64,000 bases of DNA, taken from contig OY969474.1 in the NCBI GenBank assembly GCA_963700145.1, positions 448,001 to 512,000 of the forward strand, written 5' to 3'. Each line of letters begins with the position of its first letter. Within the stretch, counting starts at the first letter, position 1. This DNA comes from an uncultured Acidobacteriota bacterium. GTDB taxonomy: Bacteria > Acidobacteriota > Thermoanaerobaculia > Multivoradales > UBA5704. Position numbers and translations under genes: made by a program. The notes beneath the pieces were generated by a model that was given only the letters and a program-made list of their open reading frames with translations, ran no database searches and was not told the DNA's origin. Positions 1 to 9,344 of the stretch are shown here, one piece after another.

Positions 1-3000
1 GTCCGCGAGCTCCTCGGGCGCGTGCGCGACGGCGCCCTCGCCGCCTACGCCCACCAGGAGCTGCCGTTCGAGAAGCTGGTCGAGGCGCTGCAGCCGGTGC
101 GCGACCTCAGCCGCTCGCCGCTCTTCCAGGTGATGTTCCAGTTCCAGAACCTGTCGCGCGAGCTGCCGCGGGTGGGGGAGCTGCGCCTTTCGTCCCTCGC
201 GGCACACAGCGGCACGGCGAAGTTCGACCTGACCCTCACCGCGGCCGAGACCGCCGCCGGGCTGCGCCTGTTCCTCGAGTACGACCGGGACCTCTTCGAC
301 GCCACCACGGCGGAGCGGCTGCTGGGGCACTACCGGACGGTGCTGGCGGCCGTGGCGGCCGACGGGAGCCGACCGTTGCCGGAGCTGCCGTGGCTCAGCC
401 CGCCCGAGCGCCACCAACTCCTCGCGGAGTGGAACGACGCGGCGCGTGGCGAGGGCAGAGCGATCTCGGTGCCGAACCTGATCGCGGAGCAGGCGCGGCG
501 GCGGCCGGAAGCGGTGGCGGTTGCCTGCGGCGAGGGGCGGCTGAGCTATGCCGAGCTGGAGCGGCACGCCGCGGCGCTGGCGGCGCGGCTGCGGCGGCTC
601 GGGGCGGGGCCCGAGGCGCTGGTCGGGATCGCCCTCGAGCGGACGCCGGCGATGGTGGCGGCGGTGCTCGGCGTGCTGCGCAGCGGCGCGGCGTACGTGC
701 CGCTCGATCCGGCCCATCCGCGGGAGCGGCTGGCGCTGATCCTGGAGGCGGCGCGCCCCCTGGCGTTGGTGACGCAGCAGGGCCTGCTCGGGACGCTCCC
801 CGCCCATGCGTCCGAGGTCGTGCTGGTGGACGGGGAGCAGGGGGCCTTCGCCGGCGGGCTGGAGCAGGCGGACGGAGTGGGCGAGGACGCGCTCTTCCTG
901 CCGGAGCAGACGGCGTACGTCCTGTTCACCTCGGGCTCGACCGGGCGGCCGAAAGGCGTGCAGGTGCCGCACGGCGCCCTGTCGAACTTCCTGCTGTCTA
1001 TGCAACGGCAGCCGGGGTTCGCCGCGGGGGAGGCGTTGCTGGCGGTCACGACCCTGTCGTTCGACATCGCGGGCCTGGAGCTGCTGCTGCCCTTGATCGC
1101 GGGCGGCAGGGTGGAGCTCGCGACGCGGGACGAGGCGGCCGACGGGGAGCTGTTGCAGGGCCGGTTGGCGGCGTCGGGAGCGACGGTGCTGCAGGCCACG
1201 CCGGCGACCTGGCGGCTGCTGCTGGAGGCGGGCTGGCGTGGGGACCGCCGGCTGACGGGGCTCTGCGGCGGCGAAGCGCTGCCGGGCGCGCTGGCGGGGC
1301 AGCTCCTCGGCCGGGTGGGCGCGCTGTGGAACATGTACGGCCCGACGGAGACGACGATCTGGTCGGCGACGCGGCGGGTGCGGGCCGAGGAGGCGGAGGA
1401 GGCGACCGTCCCGGTTGGCGGCGCCATCGCCGGCACGCGGCTGTACGTGGTGGACGCGAGGCTGGAGCCGGTGGCGTTGGGCGTGGCGGGGGAGCTGGCG
1501 ATCGGCGGCGCGGGGCTGGCGCGGGGCTACCTCGGGGCGCCGGAGCTGACGGCGGAGCGCTTCGTGCCGGACCCGCACGCGGGGGAGCCCGGGGCCCGGA
1601 TGTACCGCACCGGGGACCTGGTGCGGTGGCGCGCCGACGGGCGGATCGATTTCCTTGGGCGGATGGACTTCCAGGTCAAGGTGCGCGGGTTCCGCATCGA
1701 GCTCGGGGAGATCGAAGCAGCGCTGTCGCGCCATCCGGCGGTCGCGCAGGCGGTGGTGGTGGCGCGCCGGGACGGCGCGGCGGAAGCAGGGGAACAGCTC
1801 CAGGGCGAGAAGCGATTGGTCGCGTACGTGGTGGCCCGGCAAGAGTCGGCGCCGGGGCGCGGCTTGGTCGAGGAGCTCCGTGGCTGGCTGACGGGCAAGC
1901 TCCCCGACTACATGGTGCCTTCAGCGTTCGTGGTGCTGGAGACGCTGCCGCTCAATCCGAGCGGGAAGGTGGATCGCAAGGCACTGCCCGAGCCGGCCCG
2001 CGCCGCGGCCGCGGCCGGATTCGTCGCGCCGCGCGGATTGTTCGAGGAACGACTGGCCGAGATCTGGTCCGAGCTGCTGCGGCTCGACCGGGTGGGTGCG
2101 CACGACAGCTTCTTCGCCTTGGGCGGGCATTCGCTGCTCGCGGCGCGCCTGGTGTCGCGGCTGCGCGGCGCCTTCACCGTCGAGGTGCCGCTGCGGCGGA
2201 TCTTCGAGGTCCCGACGCTGGCGGCGCTCGCGGCGGAGATCGCGGCGCTGAAGGTGAGCGGCGCGCGCGCCGAGGCGGCGATCGAGCGTATGCCGCGGGA
2301 CCGGCCGCTGCCGGCCTCCTTCGCCCAGGAGCGGCTCTGGTTCCTCGACCGGCTGGAGCCGGGGAGCGCCGCCTACACGATGGCAGCCGCCTGGTCGTTG
2401 AACGGCCCGCTCGTCGTGCCGGCGCTCGCGGGCGCGCTCGCCGGGGTCGTGCGCCGGCACGAAGCGCTGCGCACGGTGTTCGCGCCGGCGGCCGACGCGG
2501 GAGTGGTGCAGTGGGCGGCGCCCTTCGTGCCGCCGCGGCTGCCGCTGGTCGATCTCCAAGCGGTGCCCCCGGCGGCCCGCACGGCGGCGGCCCGCGCCCT
2601 GGCGGTCGCGCACGCCCGCCGCTCGTTCGACCTGGCGCGGGGGCCGCTTTTCCGTGCCGCGCTCCTGCGCCTGGGGGCCGAGGAGCACCTTCTGCTCTTC
2701 GCCGTCCACCACATCGTCTCCGACGGTTGGTCGCAGGGGGTCCTGGTGGCCGAGCTTTCGGCGCTCTACGCCGCGGCGGCGACCGGGCGCCCGTCGCCCC
2801 TTGCGCCCCTCCCTATCCAGTACGCCGACTATGCCGCCTGGCAGCGGCGCTGGCTCCAAGGCGAGGTGCTCGAGGCGCAGGTCGCGTTCTGGCGCGAGGC
2901 TCTCGCCGGCGCCCCCGCCGTCCTGGAGCTGCCGACCGATCGGGCGCGCCCCGCGCTCCAGACCTTTCGCGGCGGCCGGCGGCTCCTCGTCCTGCCGCCG

Positions 3001-6000
3001 CCGCTCCTGGCGGGCCTGCGGGCCCTCTCGCGGGGCGAGGGGGCGACTCTCTTCATGGTCCTCCTCGCCGGCTTCCAGGCCCTCCTCGCCCGCTGGAGCG
3101 GCGCCGAGGACCTGACTGTCGGGACGCCGATCGCGGGCCGCACCCGTCACGAGACCGAGGGGCTCATCGGGCTCTTCGTCAACACACTCGTGCTGCGCGC
3201 GAACCTCGCGGGCGATTCGGCGTTCTCCGACCTCCTCGCGCAGGTGCGCGAGCGCGCGCTCGCCGCCTATGCCCACCAGGAGCTCCCCTTCGAGAAGCTG
3301 GTCGAAGTCCTCAACCCCGCGCGCGCTCTCTCGCACTCGCCGCTCTTCCAGGCCCTCTTCGTGATGCAGAACGCTCCGCGCGAGGCGGCGCCTCTCCCCG
3401 GCCTGGACTTCGCGCGGATGGAAGTGGAGGAGGGGGTCGCCAAGTTCGACCTCACGCTGGCGGCGGTGGAAGTCTCCGCCGGCCTCGCCCTCCACCTCGA
3501 GTTCAACCGCGACCTCTTCGATCCCGAGACCGCCCAACGTCTGCTCGGGCACCTGCGGACGCTGCTCGAGGGGGTGCTGGAGAACCGCGAGACTCGGCTC
3601 TCGGAGCTGCCCTGGCTGACGGCGGCGGAGCGGCGGCAGCTCGTGGCCTGGAGCGACACGGCGCGTGACTACGGGCCGGCGATTACGTTGCACGCCCTGA
3701 TCAAAGAACAGGTGGAGCGGACGCCGGAGGCGGTGGCGGTGGTCTTCGAAGGGGAGGTAATGACCTACCGCGAGCTGCACCACCGCGCCGGCGCCCTCGC
3801 CCGGCGGCTGCGGCGGCTGGGTGTGGGGCCGGAGAGCCTGGTGGCGGTGGCGGCGGAGCGCTCGTTGGAGCTGGTGGTGGCGTTGCTCGGTGTGCTCGAG
3901 GCCGGTGCCGCTTACGTGCCGATCGATCCCTCCTATCCGGCCGAGCGGCTGGCCTACATGCTGGACGACTCGCAGGCCGCAGCGGCCCGCCCGGTGGTGC
4001 TGACCCAGGAGCGCCTGCTCGATCGGCTGCCGCTCGGGCCGCTGCGCGCCCGCGGCGGCGAGGTGCTGCTGCTCGACGGCGGCTGGGACGAGAGCGCGGA
4101 GACCGAGGACGACTTGCCGATTGCGGTGGATCCCGACCACCCGGCCTACATGATCTACACCTCCGGCTCGACCGGCCGGCCGAAGGGCGCGGTCAACAGC
4201 CACCGCGCGATCGTCAACCGGCTGCTCTGGATGCAGGAGGCTTTCGGGCTCGGACCCGAGGACCGCGTCCTCCAGAAGACGCCCTTCTCGTTCGACGTCT
4301 CGGTCTGGGAGTTCTTCTGGCCGCTGCTCGTCGGAGCGCGGCTGGTGGTGGCACGGCCGGGCGGGCACCAGGACGCGCGCTACCTGGCGCGGCTGATCCG
4401 GGAAGAGGGGATCACGACCCTCCACTTCGTCCCTTCGATGCTCCAGGTTTTCCTGGAGGAGCCGGAGGCGGCGGGCTGCCGCGGGCTCAAGCGCGTCGTC
4501 TGCAGCGGCGAGGCGCTCGCTCCCGAGCTGGTGCGGCGGTTCTTCGAGCGGCTGCCGGAGGGGCCGGAGCTGCACAACCTGTACGGCCCGACCGAAGCCG
4601 CGGTGGACGTCTCCTGGTGGGCCTGCTCGCCGGAGGACGCCGGGCGGGGCGTGCCGATCGGGCGGCCGATCGCCAACCTCGCGCTCCACGTCGCGGACCG
4701 GGACCTCCGGCCGGTGGCGGTGGGCGTGCCGGGGGAGCTGCTGATCGGTGGGGTGGGGCTGGCCCGCGGGTATCACAACCGGCCGGACCTGACGGCGGAG
4801 AAGTTCGTGCCCGATCCTTCGGGCCAGCCGGGCGCGCGGCTCTACCGGACGGGAGACCTGGCGCAGCTGCGGCCGGACGGGGCGATCGAGTACCTCGGCC
4901 GGCTCGACCATCAGATCAAGCTGCGGGGGTTCCGCATCGAGCTGGGGGAGATCGAGGCGGCGCTGCGCGCGCACCCGGCGGTGCGCGAGGCGGTGGTCGT
5001 GGCGCGTGGGGAAGGCGAAGGCCAGCGCCTCGTGGCCTACGTGGTGGCCGACTCCATCGGGGCGGAGCTTGCCTCCGCCCTCCGTGAGCACCTGCGAGCG
5101 CTCCTCCCCGACCACATGGTTCCGGCGGCGTTCGTCGCGTTGCCGGCGCTGCCGCTGACGCCGAACGGCAAGGTGGACCGCAAGGTCCTGCCCGATCCCG
5201 AAGCCGCACCGGCCCCTGCGCAGGTCGTGCCGCGCACCCTGGCCGAGGAGCTGGTGGCGGAGATCTGGCGCGAGGTGCTCGGACGCGAGCGGGTGGGCAT
5301 CTACGACAACTTCTTCGACCTCGGCGGCCACTCCCTCAAGCTCGTCCGGGTGCAGCGGCGGCTCGAGGAGCGGACCGGCCGCGAGCTGTCGATCGTCGAC
5401 CTCTTCCGCTATCCGACCGTCGCCGCGCTCGCCGATCACCTGAGCGCGGCCCCTGTGGAGCGCACCCCCGCCGCGGTCGCCGCGCCCGCCCCCGCCGTGA
5501 CCGAAACAACCGCCATCGCCATCGTCGGCATGGCCGGCCGCTTCCCGGGCGCGGCAAGCGTCGACGAGCTGTGGCGGAGGCTTTGCGCCGGCGAGGAGCT
5601 GATCCGCGCCTTCACCGAGGAGGAGCTCCGTGCCGCCGGCGTCGAGCCCGCGCTGCTCGGCGATCCACAGTATGTGCGCGCGCGCGGCGTGCTCGACGGC
5701 GCCGACCTCTTCGACGCGGGCTTCTTCGACTACGCGCCGCGCGAGGCGCAGCTCATCGATCCGCAGCAGCGGGTCTTCCTCGAGTGCGCCTCCGAGGCGC
5801 TGGAGGACGCCGGGCACGCCGCACCGCTGGAGGGCCGCCGCGTCGGGGTCTTTGCCGGGACGGGGGAGAGCGGTTACGCCTGGGACGTCTACTCCCACCC
5901 CGAGCTGGTGCGCGCGGTCGGCGCCTATCAGGTCTCGCTCGGCACCAAGAACGACTACCTGCCGACGCGGGTCTCCTACAAGCTCGATCTCAAGGGGCCG

Positions 6001-9000
6001 AGCGTCAACGTGCAGACCGCTTGCTCGACCTCGCTGGTGGCGGTCCACTTCGCCTGCCAGGCACTGCTCGCCGGGGAGTGCGACCTGGCGCTGGCCGGCG
6101 GCGTGGCGATCGCCGCCCGGCAGCAGCGCGGCTACCTCTGGGAGGAGGGGCACATCTTCTCGCCCGACGGTCACTGCCGTGCCTTCGACGCGAAGGCCGC
6201 CGGCACGGTGACGGGGAGCGGCGCCGGAGTCGTGGTGCTGCGCCGGCTGGCCGACGCGCTCGCCGACGGCGACCGCATCGACGCGGTGATCCTCGGCTCG
6301 GCGATCAACAACGACGGCGCCGGCAAGGTGGGCTTCACCGCGCCGAGCGTCGACGGCCAGGCGGAGGTCATCGCGGCGGCGCAGCGCCTGGCCGGAGTGG
6401 ACCCCGCCACGATCGGCTACGTCGAGGCCCATGGCACCGGGACGCCGCTCGGCGATCCGATCGAGGTGCAGGCGCTGACGCAGGTCTTCCGCGCCGCCAG
6501 CGCCGGGCGGTCTTTCTGCGCCCTCGGCTCGGTCAAGACCAACGTCGGGCACCTGGATGCCGCGGCGGGCGTCACCGGCCTCATCAAGGCGGCCCTCGCA
6601 GTCAAACACGGGCGGGTGCCCCCGAGCCTCCACTTCGAGACCCCCAACCCCGAGCTGCGGCTGGCCGAGGGCCCCTTCTACGTCGCCTCGCGCCTCCAGG
6701 AGTGGCCGCGCGAGGGCGGACCGCGGCGGGCGGGGGTCTCCTCCTTCGGCATCGGCGGCACCAACGCGCACGTGGTCTTGGAGCAGGCGCCCGTGCGGGA
6801 GAAGGAGGCGGAGCCGGGCGCGGCGGCGGCCGCGCGCTCGGCGCAGCTCCTCCTGGTCTCGGCCAAGAGCGCGGCGGCGCTGGAGGCGGCGACCGACCGG
6901 CTCGCCGATCACCTGGAGGCGCACGCCGATCTCGACCTCGCCGACGTCGCCCACACGCTGCGTGTGGGACGCCGCGCCTTCGCTCACCGCCGCGCCGTCG
7001 TCTGCGCGAGCCGCGAGGAGGCGGCGGCCGCCCTTCGCGCGCGGGACGCCGAGCGCGTCTCGACCCACGCTCTCCCCGCCGCCTCCCGCGGCGCGGGCCG
7101 CCCGGTCGCCTTCCTCTTCCCCGGCCAGGGCGCCCAGCACGCCGGCATGGGCGCCGCGCTCTATCGCGAGGAGCCGACCTACCGCGAGGCGCTCGACCGT
7201 TGCTGCGCCCTCTTCGTCCCCGAGATCGGGCGCGACCTGCGCGAGCTCCTCCACGCCGCCGGCGACGCAAGACCGGCAGCGGACTCGACGCTGCTCGCCA
7301 CCGAGCTGGCGCAGCCGGCGCTCTTCGCCGTCGAGTGGGCGCTCGCCGCCCTCTGGGGCGCTTGGGGGGTGCGGCCGGAGGCGATGCTCGGCCATTCGCT
7401 CGGCGAGTACGTAGCCGCCTGCCTGGCCGGCGTCTTCACACTGGAAGACGCGGTGCGGCTGGTGGCGGCGCGCGGGCGGCTGATGGGCGCCCTGCCGAGC
7501 GGCGCCATGCTGGGCGTTCCGCTCGCCGAAGCCGAGGTGCGGGACCTGCTCGCCGAGCAGCCCGAGCTGGCGCTCGCCGTCGTGAACGGCCCGGCGTCCT
7601 GCGTGGTCTCCGGACCGGAGCAGGCGATCGGCGCATGCGAGAGCCTCCTTCGCGCGCGCGGCGTGGAAGCGCGGCGCCTGCACACCTCGCACGCCTTCCA
7701 CTCGGCGATGATGGACCCCGCTCTCCCGGCCTTCCGTGCCGTGGTCGAGACCGTGCGGCTCAGGCCGCCGGAGCTGCCGTACCTCTCCAACCTCACGGGC
7801 ACCTGGATCACGGCGACGGAAGCGACCGACCCCGCCTACTGGGTGCGCCACCTGCGCGGCACGGTGCGCTTCGCCGACGGGCTCGCCGCTCTCCTCGCCG
7901 GCGGCGAACGGCTCCTCCTCGAAGTGGGGCCGGGACGCACCCTCACCACGCTCGCCACGCAGCACCCGGCGCGCGGCCGCTCGGTGGCGATCCCCTCGCT
8001 TCGCCGCCCGCGCGACCCGCGGCCGGAGGGCGCCGCCCTCCTCGCCGCCGCCGGCCGGCTCTGGCTGCTCGGGGCAACCCTGGACTGGCGCGGCTTCCAG
8101 GGGGACGAGAAGCGCCGCCGCGTCCCGCTCCCGACCTACCCCTTCGAGCGCCGGCGCTACCGGGTGGAGCGCGCGCCGGCGCGCCGGTCCGCCGCGGCGG
8201 CGGGTCCGCTTGATGCGGCCGACACGGTCATGGCCGTCGATCCGCCTGCGCCAGCGGCGCCCGTCACGGCCGCCGACCGCCCCGACCGGCTCTCCCCGTA
8301 TGTCGCGCCCCGCGACGCGGCCGAGCGGCGCATCGCCGCCCTTTTCGGCGAGGTGCTGGGGGTCGCCGAGGTCGGGGCCCACGACGACTTCTTCGACCTT
8401 GGCGGCAGCTCGCTCCTCGCCGTGCGGCTCGCCACCCGCCTGCGCGATGCCCTCGGCATCGCGCTCTCGCCGCACGCCCTCCTCGAGGCGCCGACGGTCG
8501 CCGCCCTGGCGCGGCAGGCGCCAGCCATGACCCGCCATCGCAGCCTGGTGCCGCTGGCGACCGGCGGCGACGGCGCTCCGCTCTTTCTCGTCCACCCGGC
8601 CGGCGGTCACGTCATCCTGCTGCGCGAGCTGGCGGCGGAGCTCGACGGCGAGCGGCCGGTCTGGGGACTGCGCGCCCAGGGCCTCGAGGAGGCCGAGGAG
8701 CCGCTGGCGACCGTCGAGGAGATGGCCGCGCTCTACCTCGAGGCGGTGCGCGAGGTGCGGCCGCGCGGCCCCTACCTGCTGGGCGGCAGCTCGATGGGCG
8801 GGATGGTGGCCTACGAGATGGCGCAGCGGCTGCGCGCGGCGGGGGAGGAGGTGGGCCTCCTCGCCCTCTTCGACACCTACGGCCCCGGCCAGATGCCGTC
8901 CCCGCCGGCGGCGCCGCCCCCGACCGGCGACCGCCTGGCCGCCGTCGAGCGGGCCAGCGCCGAAGCGATGTTCGCCTACCGCCCGCGCCCCTACCCCGGG

Positions 9001-9183
9001 CGCCTGGTCCATTTCCGGGCCGCCATCCGCCGCGCCGGCGAGCCGCCGCGCCCGGAGCAGCCCTGGGTGGACCTGGCCCAGGAGGGCGCGGAGGTCCATA
9101 TCGTCCCCGGCGACCACCTCTCGATGCACCAGCGACCCCAGGTGGAAGTCCTCGCCCGGCGCCTCCGCCGCTCGCTGGGCTGA
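1..9183 (+). CDS. Hybrid NRPS-PKS, 5'-truncated by window edge: (C)-A-T-C-A-T-KS-AT-ACP-TE
   Basis: Frame open from base 1. A-domain motifs (FTSGSTGRPKG, YGPTE, YRTGD) twice; carrier motifs GGHSL (x2) and GGSSL; C motif HHIVSDGWS; KS QTACSTS/HGTGT; AT GHSLGE/HAFH; TE GSSMGG. Confidence 0.96.
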   Translation, partial: VRELLGRVRDGALAAYAHQELPFEKLVEALQPVRDLSRSPLFQVMFQFQNLSRELPRVGELRLSSLAAHSGTAKFDLTLTAAETAAGLRLFLEYDRDLFDATTAERLLGHYRTVLAAVAADGSRPLPELPWLSPPERHQLLAEWNDAARGEGRAISVPNLIAEQARRRPEAVAVACGEGRLSYAELERHAAALAARLRRLGAGPEALVGIALERTPAMVAAVLGVLRSGAAYVPLDPAHPRERLALILEAARPLALVTQQGLLGTLPAHASEVVLVDGEQGAFAGGLEQADGVGEDALFLPEQTAYVLFTSGSTGRPKGVQVPHGALSNFLLSMQRQPGFAAGEALLAVTTLSFDIAGLELLLPLIAGGRVELATRDEAADGELLQGRLAASGATVLQATPATWRLLLEAGWRGDRRLTGLCGGEALPGALAGQLLGRVGALWNMYGPTETTIWSATRRVRAEEAEEATVPVGGAIAGTRLYVVDARLEPVALGVAGELAIGGAGLARGYLGAPELTAERFVPDPHAGEPGARMYRTGDLVRWRADGRIDFLGRMDFQVKVRGFRIELGEIEAALSRHPAVAQAVVVARRDGAAEAGEQLQGEKRLVAYVVARQESAPGRGLVEELRGWLTGKLPDYMVPSAFVVLETLPLNPSGKVDRKALPEPARAAAAAGFVAPRGLFEERLAEIWSELLRLDRVGAHDSFFALGGHSLLAARLVSRLRGAFTVEVPLRRIFEVPTLAALAAEIAALKVSGARAEAAIERMPRDRPLPASFAQERLWFLDRLEPGSAAYTMAAAWSLNGPLVVPALAGALAGVVRRHEALRTVFAPAADAGVVQWAAPFVPPRLPLVDLQAVPPAARTAAARALAVAHARRSFDLARGPLFRAALLRLGAEEHLLLFAVHHIVSDGWSQGVLVAELSALYAAAATGRPSPLAPLPIQYADYAAWQRRWLQGEVLEAQVAFWREALAGAPAVLELPTDRARPALQTFRGGRRLLVLPPPLLAGLRALSRGEGATLFMVLLAGFQALLARWSGAEDLTVGTPIAGRTRHETEGLIGLFVNTLVLRANLAGDSAFSDLLAQVRERALAAYAHQELPFEKLVEVLNPARALSHSPLFQALFVMQNAPREAAPLPGLDFARMEVEEGVAKFDLTLAAVEVSAGLALHLEFNRDLFDPETAQRLLGHLRTLLEGVLENRETRLSELPWLTAAERRQLVAWSDTARDYGPAITLHALIKEQVERTPEAVAVVFEGEVMTYRELHHRAGALARRLRRLGVGPESLVAVAAERSLELVVALLGVLEAGAAYVPIDPSYPAERLAYMLDDSQAAAARPVVLTQERLLDRLPLGPLRARGGEVLLLDGGWDESAETEDDLPIAVDPDHPAYMIYTSGSTGRPKGAVNSHRAIVNRLLWMQEAFGLGPEDRVLQKTPFSFDVSVWEFFWPLLVGARLVVARPGGHQDARYLARLIREEGITTLHFVPSMLQVFLEEPEAAGCRGLKRVVCSGEALAPELVRRFFERLPEGPELHNLYGPTEAAVDVSWWACSPEDAGRGVPIGRPIANLALHVADRDLRPVAVGVPGELLIGGVGLARGYHNRPDLTAEKFVPDPSGQPGARLYRTGDLAQLRPDGAIEYLGRLDHQIKLRGFRIELGEIEAALRAHPAVREAVVVARGEGEGQRLVAYVVADSIGAELASALREHLRALLPDHMVPAAFVALPALPLTPNGKVDRKVLPDPEAAPAPAQVVPRTLAEELVAEIWREVLGRERVGIYDNFFDLGGHSLKLVRVQRRLEERTGRELSIVDLFRYPTVAALADHLSAAPVERTPAAVAAPAPAVTETTAIAIVGMAGRFPGAASVDELWRRLCAGEELIRAFTEEELRAAGVEPALLGDPQYVRARGVLDGADLFDAGFFDYAPREAQLIDPQQRVFLECASEALEDAGHAAPLEGRRVGVFAGTGESGYAWDVYSHPELVRAVGAYQVSLGTKNDYLPTRVSYKLDLKGPSVNVQTACSTSLVAVHFACQALLAGECDLALAGGVAIAARQQRGYLWEEGHIFSPDGHCRAFDAKAAGTVTGSGAGVVVLRRLADALADGDRIDAVILGSAINNDGAGKVGFTAPSVDGQAEVIAAAQRLAGVDPATIGYVEAHGTGTPLGDPIEVQALTQVFRAASAGRSFCALGSVKTNVGHLDAAAGVTGLIKAALAVKHGRVPPSLHFETPNPELRLAEGPFYVASRLQEWPREGGPRRAGVSSFGIGGTNAHVVLEQAPVREKEAEPGAAAAARSAQLLLVSAKSAAALEAATDRLADHLEAHADLDLADVAHTLRVGRRAFAHRRAVVCASREEAAAALRARDAERVSTHALPAASRGAGRPVAFLFPGQGAQHAGMGAALYREEPTYREALDRCCALFVPEIGRDLRELLHAAGDARPAADSTLLATELAQPALFAVEWALAALWGAWGVRPEAMLGHSLGEYVAACLAGVFTLEDAVRLVAARGRLMGALPSGAMLGVPLAEAEVRDLLAEQPELALAVVNGPASCVVSGPEQAIGACESLLRARGVEARRLHTSHAFHSAMMDPALPAFRAVVETVRLRPPELPYLSNLTGTWITATEATDPAYWVRHLRGTVRFADGLAALLAGGERLLLEVGPGRTLTTLATQHPARGRSVAIPSLRRPRDPRPEGAALLAAAGRLWLLGATLDWRGFQGDEKRRRVPLPTYPFERRRYRVERAPARRSAAAAGPLDAADTVMAVDPPAPAAPVTAADRPDRLSPYVAPRDAAERRIAALFGEVLGVAEVGAHDDFFDLGGSSLLAVRLATRLRDALGIALSPHALLEAPTVAALARQAPAMTRHRSLVPLATGGDGAPLFLVHPAGGHVILLRELAAELDGERPVWGLRAQGLEEAEEPLATVEEMAALYLEAVREVRPRGPYLLGGSSMGGMVAYEMAQRLRAAGEEVGLLALFDTYGPGQMPSPPAAPPPTGDRLAAVERASAEAMFAYRPRPYPGRLVHFRAAIRRAGEPPRPEQPWVDLAQEGAEVHIVPGDHLSMHQRPQVEVLARRLRRSLG

Positions 9184-9344
9184 GCCTGTCCCCCTTCCCC
9201 TCGCAAGCCGCACTTATCAGGCAAACAGTAAGGACAGCACGGGTCTCCAGAAGCAACTAACGAATCGTCAATCCAGCGCCGGCCGAGCCGCGCTGCCGCC
9301 TGTCGACCGCACCAACCAACACCACTGAAGGAGGGGGGATCAGA

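Noticed and set aside
1921-9213. 2430-aa antisense ORF and other long overlapping ORFs (390-3668, 5571-8213, 57025-59967 etc.)
   Set aside because: Shadow frames of high-GC genes; no motifs, Arg/Ala/Pro-rich, fully overlapping well-supported CDSs.
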